Assembly (NCBI GenBank): GCA_965240325.2
Contig: OZ251222.1
Span: forward strand, 1,922,001 to 1,986,000
Direction: 5' to 3'
Source: Rebecca billardiae RCC1528
Taxonomy: Eukaryota; Protista; Haptophyta
Length of the DNA: 64,000 nucleotides
Every line of letters starts with the position of its first letter. The first letter of the stretch is position 1. A model generated the notes under the pieces. It saw nothing but the letters and a program-made list of their open reading frames with translations, was not told the origin of the DNA and did not search any database. The position numbers and the translations under genes are program-made. Of the stretch, positions 10,471 through 22,402 are shown one piece after another.

Positions 10471-10477
10471 AGAGAGA
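10333..10477. repeat. Compound (GA)n microsatellite with a short tandem duplication
   Basis: Pure AG run at ~10413-10468, preceded by the duplicated gagatcgagcagagagagagagcagagccagagctctc. Confidence 0.95.
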
Positions 10478-10689
10478 CGTGTGTAGATAGTAGCAGTATA
10501 CACGACTACTGTCATCATCGTCATCACTGATATTACGCAACATCGTCCGATGAACATTGCATGTCAACGCGCGACTCGTCGCGATATGATCGACGACGAA
10601 CATTATGCGCTCGCTGATGATGACTGCAACGATGAGGCGGGCCGGGCGGGCAGCGCGAGATCCAGGGGCGTTCCCCACGCCGGTCATAC

Positions 10690-10730
10690 GCCAATAAAAA
10701 CTCACGCGCGAAAACAAAGCGCGGGAAAAT
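10690..10730 (+). promoter_or_regulatory. Promoter-like segment: CCAAT plus two E2F-consensus matches
   Basis: ccaat at 10691. GCGCGAAA at 10706-10713 and GCGGGAAA at 10721-10728 both match the reverse complement of TTTSSCGC. A-rich like other promoter gaps in the window. Confidence 0.35.
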
Positions 10731-10767
10731 GAAAGCGCGCTTCGCGAGGCGCGCTGGCCTCAATGGG

Positions 10768-11668
10768 CGCTTGGCGCGCGCGCGGCGCGGCGCGCTGCGG
10801 CCGTCGAGTTGCCGTGCGAAGGCGGCGCGTTGCGTGCGTGGCATCGGAACGCTACCGTGTTCCGCACTGCGCCCCGCAGCTCGCTCCTCGTCGACTTCGC
10901 CGCGCCTACGATCAGCGCGCATGCGAGCGTCGCCTCGGAATGAGCAGCCCGCGCCGGCCTCAGCCGTGAGCGCCCGCCTGGCGCGCGATGCGATCAACTC
11001 GGGGCACGAGCTGCGGCTGGGCGAGGAAGCATGTGCCTGCGCGCAAGCCTCGCCGCCTTGAGACACCGATCGTGCGCGTTGATGCAGCTTCAGACGGCTG
11101 TCGACGAATGCCGATCAGCCTGCACGAGCCTTGCATGCAGTGGAGATTAAACAACAGACCGCGAGCGCCCTGAAGTGATGAATAGGAGTCTTCGGGTTGC
11201 GTGTGCGCGCAGCGGCTTGTGTACATCTGTATGCATCGCCTGCGCGCGTGGCTGCTGTCATGCCATGCTTGAGTAGTTGCTCTGATGAGGAGTCCTTTCA
11301 AGGGCACCGCGACATTCGCAAGGGCAAGTAGAATAGTTGCGTGCAAGGTGCATGCCCTGCTCACGATCGGTGTCTCAAGGCGGCGAGGCTTGTGCGCAGG
11401 CACATGCTTCCTCGTCCAGCCGCAGCTCGTGCTCCGAGTTGATCGCATCGCGCGCCAGGCGGGCGCTCACGGCTGAGGCCGGCGCGGGCTGCTCATTCCG
11501 AGGCGACGCTCGCATGCGCGCTGATCGTAGGCGCGGCGAAGTCGACGAGGAGCGAGCTGCGGGGCGCAGTGCGGAACACGGTAGCGTTCCGATGCCACGC
11601 ACGCAACGCGCCACCTTCGCACGGCAACTCGACGGCCGCAGCGCGCCGCGCCGCGCGCGCGCCAAGCG
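10768..11668. repeat. Long inverted repeat: 307-bp arms (10768-11074 / 11362-11668) with a 287-bp loop
   Basis: The arms are reverse complements with 4 substitutions seen by eye. Confidence 0.95.
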
Positions 11669-11838
11669 ATGGTGCGCCGCAGTCCGGGTTGGCGGCCGCC
11701 ACTGGCGCAGCGCCAGTCCGGGAGCCATGCCCCCCCAGGGGGGGGCATGCCGTTCGGGAGCGTGTGGCAGGATCCCGGGAACGCCCTTGCTTGCAGAGCA
11801 GAGGCACGCGTACCGCCCATCATGCTCGCTCAGCAGCC

Positions 11839-12604
11839 TCAGGTGATGCGGATGGCGTGCGCCGTGCACGCCTGCACCCACAGGTCCTCGTCGAGCGCGT
11901 CATCCTCGGCCGCGTGCGCCGTCATCTCACGGAACACGGTGAAGAGCTCGTGGCGCGTCGCGCCGGGCGCGGCCGAGGCCATGGCGCTCTCAAACTCGTT
12001 GTAGGCGATCACGCCGTCGCCGTCGATGTCGACCGTCCTGAAGAGCTGGCGCAGCCGCTCGTCCTGCGACTCGCGCCGCGGGCTGACGGTGCCGGGCCCG
12101 AGCGCCGCCGCCAGCTGCGGCACCGCCCAGCGCGCAGCGACATCGAGCACATAGTCGAGGGCGACGAGGGTCGGGCCGTCGATGCTCTCGAGCCGCGGCG
12201 GCGCGGCGGCGAGCTCCTCGCGCCAGCCGGCGTCGGCGCCCTCGGGCGCGCCCTCGAGCGCGTGGGCCAGCACGCGCTCGGCCGCCTCGCCGGTGAGCGC
12301 GCATGACTCGGACGAGAGCTCGCCCCGCACGCCGCTGGCCGCGAGTGCGCCGTGCTCGGCCTGGGGCCTCGCCTCTGCCGCGGCGGCGGTGATCGCGCGC
12401 GCGACGGCGAGCGCGCGCGCAGGCTCGCACAGCGGCTCCGGCGCATTCGGCATGTCCTCCTCGTCCTCCTCGCCGAACGCCACGTGGCTGCGCCGCCGCC
12501 GTGAGTTCGGTGTGCTGTTGAGCAGCGCAGCGACGCGAGTGAAGACACTCGTCGCCTGCACGGCGCCACGCAGCTGCGAGCGCCGTCTGAACGTGCCGGC
12601 AGTA

Positions 12605-12660
<56 letters not shown>

Positions 12661-15600
12661 CACGGCGCGGCGGCCCAGCTTGCCACCGCCCTCGGGCCCG
12701 AGGTCGACCATTGCGGTCGAGTTGGCACGGCGGAGCATGCTCGGTGGCTTGGGCGAGGGCGGCCTGGGCTGCGTCGAATCGCCCGGCACTTCGAGAACCG
12801 CGGAGGCGGAGGCGCGGCCCACGCGCCGGCCGACCGCGCGCGACCGGACCGGAGAGGCCGTGCCCGCGTCGCCTCGCTCGCCCACCAGCTGGCCGAAGAG
12901 CACAAACCGCTTGCTCTGCGCGCCGGCCATGGCAGCGCCCGCGGCAAGCAGCGACGCCCGCAGCCGAGCAAGCCACTCTCTCGCCTCGGAGCGCACGCCT
13001 GGAGCGCGCGGCGCGCGGCGACGGCGGGAGTGAGCGGTGTGGGCGCGGCAGCACGCGCCCGGCGCTGTCCGCAGCCCCGCCCACCCGCGCGCGTGCGGGA
13101 GAGAGGGAGAGGGCGCGAGAGCGGCGGTGCGGAGGGCTGCGTGGGTGGCGCTCCCGCCCTCGCCGCGGCGCGCACCGTGCCGGAGCAAGAAGAAATCGAG
13201 AACGAACTCAGAAAGCGGGCGCGGCGGCGGCGCGGCGGCGGCCGCGCCGCCCCGGGCTCCGCCCGATCCGCCGGGGCCGAGCACGTCCGCGCCCTCGTCC
13301 GCGTACGCCAAGTAGATGTCGATGAGCAGGGCGCTCCTGCCAGCGGTGCCAAGCGCCGGCCGGGCGGGCGCGCGCGCGGGCGTCAGCGGGCGCGAGCGGT
13401 CGCGCCGCGGGGCGCGTGAGCGTGGCGCGGGAGGGATCGGGCGCGGCGCGAATCGGGGCGAGCGCGCGGCGCGGCGCGGCGCGCACAGCTGCGAGGGGAG
13501 AAGAGGCGAGGGCGGCGGCTCGGCTGCGTGCGCCAGCAGCGAGCTCTGCCACGCCAGCGGCGCGCCAGGCGGGCCGCGCGGCTGCCGCTGCCGCTGCGCA
13601 AACGAGGCGGAGGCCGCGGAGGCGGACGGAGTGACCAGCAGCCCACTCATGGTGAGCGTCGAGCTCGCCGCCAGAGGCGCAGAGACGGAGCTGCGCCGGC
13701 GGGAGCAGCGCGCGCTGCCCGAAGGCGCGTGGCCCTCCGCGGCCGGGCCCGCCCCGTGCGACGCGGGCGAGGAGCGCATGCGCCGCGCAAAGCTCGCGCC
13801 TTGCTGCTGCGCCGCGCCGCCGCCCGCCGCTGCGACGGACGTGTCCCCGGAGCTGCGGCGGGCGGCGGGCGAGTGCGCGTTGCCCGGCGTTGAGAGCGAC
13901 TGGCGCGCGCCCGACGGCCTGCGCACGCGCATCGACTGCGCCGAGCCCGGCAGCGGGAGCCCGCCGCCGCGCGGCTCGCCCGACGGCCGACGGGACTGCG
14001 AGGACCCCGGAACGGGGATCCGGTCCGACGCGGCGGCGGGGCGCTCGGCTGAGGGGCGGCGGCCGCGCGCCGAGCCCGGCGCGCCTGGCTGCGGCAGCTG
14101 CTGCCCCCTCGAGCCCCGACGGCTGGAGGGCGGCGTGAGCACGATCGTCGAGCCCGCGGCCGAGCCGCCGCCGTCGTCGTCGCCCGCGCCGCCCGCGGAC
14201 GGCGCGGCGGAGGGGTGCGAGTCTCGGCGGCCCGCCGCGCCGCAGCACGCCTGGACGCCCACGGAGGTGCGTTCATAGTACTGCTCGGTGAAGTGGCGCG
14301 CGGCGGCGCCGACGCGCGCGGAGTGCGTGACGGCGCGCGTGGTGGTGCGGCTGGTGTCCGCCACCTCGCCCAGCAGCGCGCCCATCTGCGCCACGCCCGC
14401 GTCCAGCCGCGCGCCCAGCTCGAGGACCGCGCGCGCGCCTTGCTCCTCCGAGCTCTCACGCGGTCGACTCCCGCGCCGCGCCTCGACCGGCTCCTTGCCG
14501 GGCGGCGGCGCAGCGCCGCTCGGCGCGGCGCCGCGGCGCGCCCCCCCTGAGAGCGCGGCGAGCGCCGCGTCCGCTCGCTCGCCCTCCGCCTTCGCCTTCG
14601 CGCGCCGCTCGGCCGCGAGGACGAGCGAGCCGCGGAAGCGCTCCATCGCCACCAGCCGATCTTGCGCGCGCTCGAGCAGCCTGTCCCGCTCGATCGCTCG
14701 CGTCACGGCGGCCTCGCCCTCTGACTCCGCCTCGCCCTGCTCGCGCCACCACTCCTCGTCCAGCGCCGTCGCCTCCTCGTACTCGCGCAGCGCGCGGCGC
14801 AGCGTCGCCGCGCTCTCGAGCGCGCGCCGGCTCAGCGCGCCGGGCTGCGAGCCGATGGCGGCGAGGGCGTCCGCGCCGAGCTGCGGAGCGCTCCACCAGT
14901 CAAGGGTGGCTTGGGACGCGCCGCACGCGCCGGCGCTCAGCGCGTTCTCCAGCTCGGAGTAGCAGCCCGCCGACATGGCGGACACCCAGCGCATCTGCGC
15001 CAGGGCCGGCGGCGGTGGCGAGTGCGCGCGCGTCGCCGCGGCCGCGGCCAGGCCCGCTGCTGCCGCCTGCTGCGTCGGCGGCCCCGACGGCGCGGGCTCG
15101 CCGCCACCTCCCGCGTCGACCAGGGCGGCGGGCCGCGGGCGGAGCGTCGGCCCTACGAGCTCGCGCGCAGACGCCGCCGCCTCCGCCCCGTGCGCTGCCG
15201 GCGCCTCGCGCAGCGTGCGGCCGCCCACGCGCATGCTCGCCGGCGCCGCGGGCGTCTCAGCCGGCGGCGCCGCTCCCGGCTGCGGCGGCTGCACGGGCGC
15301 CGGGCTGCGCGCGGCTTCGAGCGCGCGCATCGCTCGCGCCAGGGCCTCTGTCGCGGCGTGCTGCGCGGCGAGCGCGCACGCCTCGCCCTCGCGCGCCGAC
15401 TGCAGCTGGAATCGGAGCAGCTCAGCCTCCGCCCGCGCGCGCGCTGCCTCGGACGCCATCGCGACCGCCGTGCGTGGCGTGCTCGCGCGCCCGGCCGCGG
15501 CGTGCTGGGCGCGCGTGTCGGCGCCGCGCTCGGCCGGCGCGCACACGGCCGCAGCGTGCGCGTCCACCGCGGCGCGCAGAAGCATGCGCTCCGCGTGCGC

Positions 15601-16953
15601 GCCCGCCGCCGCCCCCTCCGCGCGCGCGAGCAGCCGCTCGTACGCGGCCAGCATCTGCTGCACGCACGCCCAGAGCAGCGCACCGGCGCGCGGCCCGGCG
15701 GCGCGCGCGATCTCGTGAACCGCCAGCGCGTGCACGGCGACACAGGCAAGGTCGTCGGGCGCGCGACGCGGCGTGGGGGCAGAGCCGCGCGCGCGCGGCC
15801 CGCGCGCGCGCGTCCGCCCCTCCGCGCCGCCACTGTGGGCTCCGCCCGCGCGCGGCCCGCTCGGACCGTCCGAGCCGACGGCCGCGGCGATGCTGAGCGC
15901 GTCCGGGCCGGCGGCCGCTGCGATGCTCAGACCATCCGGACCGGCGGCCGCGGCGGCGCTGAGCGCGTCCGTGCCAGCGGCCGCTGCGATGCTGAGCGCC
16001 GCGCTCAGCCACGCCCGCAGAGCCGGGGCGTCGAGCTGGCCGCGCGGCTCCGCCGGGGGGAAGCCGCGCGGGAAGGCGCGCGCGGCGGCGCGCGCGCTGG
16101 GCTCGGCTGCCGCGCCCTGCGCCTCCTCCGGCGCGCGGAGGGCCGGCGGGATCAGAGACGGCGGCACCGGGAGCCGTGCCTCGGCCGCGGCCGTTTGCGC
16201 ACCGGCCTCCGCGCGCGCTGCCGCCTCCGCCCAGGTGGGGGCGCGGTGCGCGGCCGGGGGCTCGGCGCGGCCGGCGGCGGCGGCGAGCATCGCGCGCGGC
16301 GGGGAAGCCCCAGTGCACGCCGCGCCGCCCGCTGCCACCCGCGGCGTGCGGCTGCCGGCCGCGCGCGCTGCCTCGACGCGCGCGCCGGTCTGCGCGGCGG
16401 CCTGAGCAGCCGCCACGCACTGCTGCGTGCGCTCGCGCCGCGCGGGCCCGTCGCCCAGCTCCATGGCGGCCTGGGTGAACGAGCTCGCGCGCGCGGGCGC
16501 AACTGCCCTGCTGTCCGCCGACTCGCCGGCCACGGTCGGCCTGGCGCTCGTGAGCCTGCCTCGCGCCGTCTGCGGCCGCGCCGCGCGCTCCGATGCGTCC
16601 TCGCCGGGCGCGACGGGCTGTGACCAGCGTGTGCGCGCCGTGAGAGGGCGTTCCGTATGCCCAGTGTCCGACCGAATCCGCGAGATGGCCAGGATCACCG
16701 GCTCCGCCTCCCTTCGGGCAGGCGGGTGCGCGCGTGGCGTGTGCGCGCCGGCGCCGCGAGGTGTAGTGGGCCTCGCGCCTCGTCCGGCGGAGGCCGCGCG
16801 TCGCGCCTCGCCCGCGGGTGGTTTCGCGCCCGTCAGGCTTGGCCCCACGAGCACGCGCTCGACAGGCAACTCTTTGCCGCCCACCCGCGCCAGCTCGCGC
16901 CTCAGGTGCGCCTCGACGCTGTGCCCCCGCATGACGCCGCAGCCAGGCGCCAT
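11839..16953 (-). CDS. Large low-complexity/coiled-coil protein with C-terminal EF-hand; two probable introns (13337-13486, 12999-13175)
   Basis: EF-hand LFRTVDIDGDGVIAYNEF and a poly-Asp tract. Removing the GTGCG...CAG introns yields LSALLIDIY...LSEFVLDFFLLRHGVRSEA. Confidence 0.7.
12604..12658 (-). repeat. (GAC)n trinucleotide repeat encoding poly-Asp
   Basis: (tcg)n on the plus strand, inside the CDS. Confidence 0.9.
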
Positions 16954-17162
16954 GGGGTGCTGGAAGTAGAGGTCGTTACAGTATTTCTCGTTACAATAGT
17001 ATGGGGGTACTACCGTATTGTGCAGTCAACCGGCCAGTGCCAGCCCACCCGGCACGGCCCCCACGCCTTGTGTCGTTACGGGATCTTGCCCGTCGAGCAA
17101 ACTGGAAGGCTGCCGTCGCTGAGTCGCTCGGCGGCCTCCCCGGCGAGCCCGCGCCGGGCGAC

Positions 17163-18458
17163 ATGGCGTCGAAAGGGGGTTTGGAGGAGCTCCCCGCGCA
17201 CTTTCGCTTCCGCAACATGCACGCGGCTCTCGAGCTCGCCAACCCCAACGAGCGCGCGCCGATGATCCGCGCGCTGCACGAGCGCGGCCGCTTCACGTCC
17301 GCCCAGCAGCGCTCGACCTCGACGCAGCGCGCAGCCGCCATCGCCGCGCTCGAGGGTGAGCGAAAGAAGGCGGCAGCGCTCGAGGCGAAGATCGCGCGCG
17401 CAAAGGAGGCGGTGCGCGAGAAGCGAGCGCGAGACCCCAACTACAGGCCGCGCGTCCCGCCCGTCGCGACGGCCGCCATCAACCCGATGCTGCCGCCCGA
17501 AGAGACGATCGACCCAAAGGCGGCCGCGGCCGCGCTGCGCCGCGTGGGCGGCGGGCCGGCGGACCGGGTGGCGCCCGAGGTGACGTGGTACCGCGGGCGG
17601 GTGGCCGAAAAGCGCATCGTCCTCGAGCGCGCCTTCCAGGTCCTCGACCCCGCCCGCTCCGGATTCGTCGAGCCCGCCGAGCTGCGGCACGCCCTTGCCC
17701 TCTACGACGTTCACCTGCCGAGCGACACGATGTTCGCCAACCTCATCGCCGGGATCGGGCGCGACGCGCAGGGGCGGGTGAGCTGGACGCACTTCCTGCG
17801 CGCGATGTGCGCCGCGCTCGACCCGAAGGAGGTCGTCGACGCCGAGGTGCAGGTCAAGGCGGGCCAGCTTCGCGAGCGACTCGCCGACGCGGACCGTAGC
17901 GGCCGCGGCACGCTTGGCACACAGCAGATGATTGCGGCGCTGCGCGCGGACAACTCGGCGACGGCGGGCGGGCTGATGATGTACCTCGACAAGGAGGAGG
18001 CGAAGCGCGTGGTCGAGACCGCGCGGATGCGCGGCGCGCGCGCCGCCGCCGCCGCCGACGGCGCGATCTCCTCCGACCAGATCGACTACGGCGCCTTTGC
18101 CGACAGCGTGTCGGCCGGCCGCTCGCTGCCTTGGTTCCTGCTGCCAAAGACGCATCGCTCGGTGACCGACCTGCTGATGCGCGAGGAGGTGTCCGGGGAG
18201 GCGTTCGGCGACGCGAAGAGCCACGACGAGCTGCACCGCGCCGCCACCTTCGTCATGCCCGACGGCAACGTCATCGAGCGCAAGGGCCGCGTGCCGCCCG
18301 AGGTGGCGCACGTGCAGGCAGACCATTGGCCGATCCAGCACGCCTACCCTCCCGGCACGCCGCAGCGGCGCTCGGGCACATGGCGCGCGCGCGTGACGTC
18401 GGAGCCGAAGCCGTGGTCGCGCCACGCGCGAGAGCCGGTGGGCTCTCGCGCCCCGTGA
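17163..18458 (+). CDS. Multi-EF-hand calcium-binding protein
   Basis: AFQVLDPARSGFVEPAEL, GRVSWTHF, DADRSGRGTLG, QIDYGAF. ATG at 17163 (MASKGGLE). Confidence 0.75.
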   Translation: MASKGGLEELPAHFRFRNMHAALELANPNERAPMIRALHERGRFTSAQQRSTSTQRAAAIAALEGERKKAAALEAKIARAKEAVREKRARDPNYRPRVPPVATAAINPMLPPEETIDPKAAAAALRRVGGGPADRVAPEVTWYRGRVAEKRIVLERAFQVLDPARSGFVEPAELRHALALYDVHLPSDTMFANLIAGIGRDAQGRVSWTHFLRAMCAALDPKEVVDAEVQVKAGQLRERLADADRSGRGTLGTQQMIAALRADNSATAGGLMMYLDKEEAKRVVETARMRGARAAAAADGAISSDQIDYGAFADSVSAGRSLPWFLLPKTHRSVTDLLMREEVSGEAFGDAKSHDELHRAATFVMPDGNVIERKGRVPPEVAHVQADHWPIQHAYPPGTPQRRSGTWRARVTSEPKPWSRHAREPVGSRAP

Positions 18459-19278
18459 GCGGCAGCGCTCAGCGGCCGATCGTCACACACGGGCCATGCA
18501 GCGATCATGACCGCCTGGCTAACTATGGCCCGCTAACTATGGCCCGGTGGCATCGCCACCACTTGTCGGTTGTCCGCTCCGCAGGACGAGCCACGAGGCC
18601 GACGCGCCGGTTTCCCTGACTCATGTCAGGTCCTGAGGCTTCTCCCCACTGTTCTGTGCCCGCGAGGCGGCGGCTGCCGGGCTAACCTGGTTCGCGGCAG
18701 ACTCACCGAGGCGGCTCGCTCGGACGCGCCATCTCGCGCGCGGTAACGCGGCGCAGGCAGAATGAGGCGGGTGCGCAGCCACGTCCCGGCGACACAGTAC
18801 CGTTTGCTTGGCTCACTACGGAGTACGGTGAAGCCTTCGATTTCTCACTTTTCTGAGGACCGGCTAAATCATCACCGTGCCACTACCGGAGCCCGGACCG
18901 CGGGGCGCGGCCGGACGTGTCGGGTCAGTCCGCGCTGAGGGCACTGCCACCGTTGCCAATGTGCGTCTTCTGATCGGCATCGGCAATGATACGTAGTACT
19001 TACCTAGGACTGGTGCAGCAAGCGCTCTGGCGGCTGTGGCCGCCCGGCGTCAAGCAGCCAGCCTCAGGCACAGGAGGGGGGTACAGTTTACTAAGAATAA
19101 GAGACGCACACAGCTCAGGCAGGCGAGATTACCCGCGTGGATCGGTGCACGGTCCTTTGGTCCGGGCGCCCCCCCGGATTCTTTAATCTCGCACCGGAGT
19201 GCGCATCTGCCGCCGCCGCCCCGGCGATTAGCGCGAGCCATTATCGTGGTCGTCGCTCGCGCTAATCGACGCAGCGTC

Positions 19279-20938
19279 ATGGTGTTCGCGCTCGTCAGCG
19301 TCGCGCTGTGCTCGTACGCGTCGGCCTTCGCGCCGCGTGCGGCGGCTTCCGCGCACACCACGCGCGCCGCCTCGTCGCGCGCCACGCCCACCATGGCGGA
19401 GGGCCGGAGGAAGGTGGTCGTGACGGGCGTGGGCGCCGTGACCTCGGTCGGCCATAACATCGATGAGATGATGACCAACCTGCTCGCGGGTAAGTCGGGG
19501 ATTGCGCGGGTGGAGGCGTTCGACCCGGAGCCGTTCCAGTGTCAGATCGGGTCGGAGGTGAAGGGCTTCGACTTCGACAAGTACATGGACCCTAAGGTGC
19601 ACGCGCGCGCGGCGCTGCCCGCGCCACTCGACCGCACGCTTCGCACGCGCCGCCTGGCGCGCGAGGACGTCCGGCGCGCGCGAGACGCCCTGCGCGGGGC
19701 GCGGGCGGGTGGGCGAGGCGCGCGACTGACGAGCCACGCGCCACGCGCGCCCTGCCCCCGCAGGAGGCGAAGCGCAACGACCGGTACACGCGGCTCGCGA
19801 TGGCGACGGCGAAGCAGGCGCTTGAGGATGGCAAGCTCGACCTCAGCGCGGTCGACAAGACCAAGTTCGGCGTGCTGGTGGGCTCCGGCATCGGTGGGAT
19901 CGACTCGTTCGAGAAGAACGCCGAGGTGATGTTCTCGAAGGGGCCGAGGCGCGTCTCGCCCTTCTTCATCCCGATGGTGATCGGCAACACTGCGTCGGGC
20001 GTCATTGCAATCGAGCTGGGTGCCAAGGGGCCCAACTTCGGTGTCGTCTCGGCGTGCGCGACGGGCACGCACGCGATCGGCGAGGCGATGAAGTACATCG
20101 AGAGCGGCATCGCCGACGTGATGCTCTGCGGCGGCTCCGAGGCCGCCGTCACGCCGCTCTCGTACGCTGGCTTCTGCAACATGAAAGCGATGTGCACCAA
20201 CATGAACGACAACCCCGAGAAAGCCTCGCGCCCGTTCGACTCCGCGCGCTCGGGCTTCATCATGGGCGAGGGCTCGGGCACGCTGCTGATCGAGTCGGAG
20301 GAGCACGCGAAGGCGCGCGGCGCCAAGATCTACTGCGAGCTCGCCGGCTACGGCGCCACCTGCGACGCGCACCACATCACCGCGCCACACCCGGAGGGCG
20401 AGGGGCTCGCCGCGTGCCTCAACATGGCGATCAGCCTCGCTGGCGTTGCCAAAGAGGACATCGGCTACATCAACGCGCACGGCACGTCGACGCCGTTCAA
20501 CGACAAGTTCGAGACGATGGCGATCAAGCGCGTCTTCGGCGACCACGCGCCTAAGATCAAGATCTCGAGCACCAAGTCGATGACGGGCCACCTCCTCGGC
20601 GCGGCCGGCGCGATCGAGGCGGCCATCTCCGTCAAGGTGCTGGAGAGCGGCGAGATCCCGCCGACGATCAACTACGAGACGCCCGACCCCGAGCTCGACC
20701 TGGACTACACGCCGAACGTCAAGGCGACGGCGAGCGAGCCGCTCAAGGCGGTCATCACGGACAACCTCGGCTTTGGCGGTGCGCGCACGCGCGCTCAGCC
20801 GCTGCCCGCTCGCTGCGTGCGCTCGCGTCCCAACCGCGCTGCCACTCCCCGCCGCGCACCCGTGTGTGTGTGTGTGTGTGTGCGTGCGTGTGCACAGGGC
20901 ACAACGCGGCGCTCCTCTTCAAGCGCCACGCGGCATAG
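19279..20938 (+). CDS. fabF: Plastid 3-oxoacyl-ACP synthase II (KASII); exons 19279-19596, 19764-20778, 20898-20938
   Basis: Signal peptide plus ASAFAP. Motifs RRKVVVTGVG, SACATG (catalytic Cys), NAHGTST, KSMTGHLLGAAG and spliced NLGFGGHNA. Introns 19597-19763 and 20779-20897 are GT-AG. Confidence 0.96.
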
Positions 20939-21384
20939 GCGGCGCGAGGCCCGATGCGATTGCAACCCTGCGCTCGATCGGTGCATGGTCGGGATGGCGA
21001 CCATTGGCTCTGGGCAGCCGAAGCTTGGCCACGCGCTCAGTCAAGTAATTGAGTCCGACAACCGTGCAGGCCTACAGTACGCTTGCCACAGTGCGGCTCG
21101 TTGGCGGTTGGCGTTCGGAGCGTCGGTTTGAGTCTCAGACCCGATGAGCCGCCTTGAACTTTGCGTGCCTGCGAAGACTGCGCGCCTGCGTGTTCCAGTT
21201 CTCATCATCCGGCTAGCATGGCTACTGCTGCCAGTACGACAGTCGTATAGCTAAAACTCAGACGATCAGTCTGACAGCAGCTAATAATAAGCTATAGGCG
21301 GTTCCGATCATCGCGTTGAAATTGGCCCTTTTTTTGGCACCAGACGATGAATCCGCGTAATTCCGTTCGTGACGACCGTTAACG

Positions 21385-21771
21385 ATGGCGACCGACGAGC
21401 CTGCTGGGGCGGCTCCAGGCACGGACCCCGCACCAACGAGCGTCGCTGCGGCGCTTGCAGCACCGCAGGCGCAGGCGCTCGACCTCTCCCGGCAGCGGCT
21501 GCGCGAGCTCCCAGCGGGGCTCGAGAAATTGCAGCATCTGCGTCACCTCGACTTGAGTGACAACCGCCTCAGCAGCCTGGATGGATTCCCTGACCTGCGC
21601 AACCTGGAATCCCTGGACCTGTCCTGGAACGAGCTCACAACAGTACCTGCTCAGCTATTGACGCAGCTTGAGCTGCAGGAGGTGACGCTCACTGGCAATC
21701 ACTTCGACAATCCGCTGCTCGCCAGGCAAGCACTGGAGGAGTTCCTGCCAGGGTGTCGCGTCGTGCTGTGA
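21385..21771 (+). CDS. Small leucine-rich repeat protein
   Basis: Repeated LxxLDLSxNxL motifs. Confidence 0.85.
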   Translation: MATDEPAGAAPGTDPAPTSVAAALAAPQAQALDLSRQRLRELPAGLEKLQHLRHLDLSDNRLSSLDGFPDLRNLESLDLSWNELTTVPAQLLTQLELQEVTLTGNHFDNPLLARQALEEFLPGCRVVL

Positions 21772-22402
21772 CACATGTCATGTCTGCGACGAGAGACGTG
21801 TCTTGTGCCTGCCCGCTGACCTTCGCTATCTAGGCATGTCCATGTCCACGATGGCTGACTACAGTACTGCCAGGGCACGCGAACATTTCTGTGATTAATG
21901 AGCTCGTTATTGGCCACAGCAGAGACTGATTGCCAATGTTCGGAACGGGGATCGTCAGCATGCATGAAGTGCATTGCTCGTCTCCGTGACTCTGCCGCTG
22001 CGACTGCGCCCGTCAGTCTGCGGTGAAGCCTACTGAGTCAGTGAGTTGGAGACTGTACCGCCACGGCAGGAAGTAACTAAGTAGTAGAATGTAAACAGCA
22101 AGTGACGAGCGACTGACTCTGCCTGTCAGAGTGTCAACTGAGCTTATCATGCTGCCCTAGGCCTAGCGCCGGGTCACTGCGGGTGTCGTATCGTTGTTCT
22201 TTCTGCGCGCTGCAACTATATACGATGACGACTGAGAGTGAGAATCCATGACGAGTATACTACTGACCATATATATAGTGACGAGTATAGTGACTGTCAA
22301 TCACTCGCGCGAATTAGCTATACCGTGTAAGCTAGAGTCTAGCAGTAGCTATAGCACGGCTACCTGGGACCACTTTTAAAAACTAGTCTTTTAATCCGGG
22401 AG

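Noticed and set aside
10157-10717. ORFs with ERERER or LSLSLS runs (also 45343-45894, and YIYIYI at 43213-44005)
   Set aside because: Microsatellite translations.
18518-18547. 15-bp direct repeat gctaactatggcccg x2
   Set aside because: Simple slippage duplication in a 3' region with no further structure.
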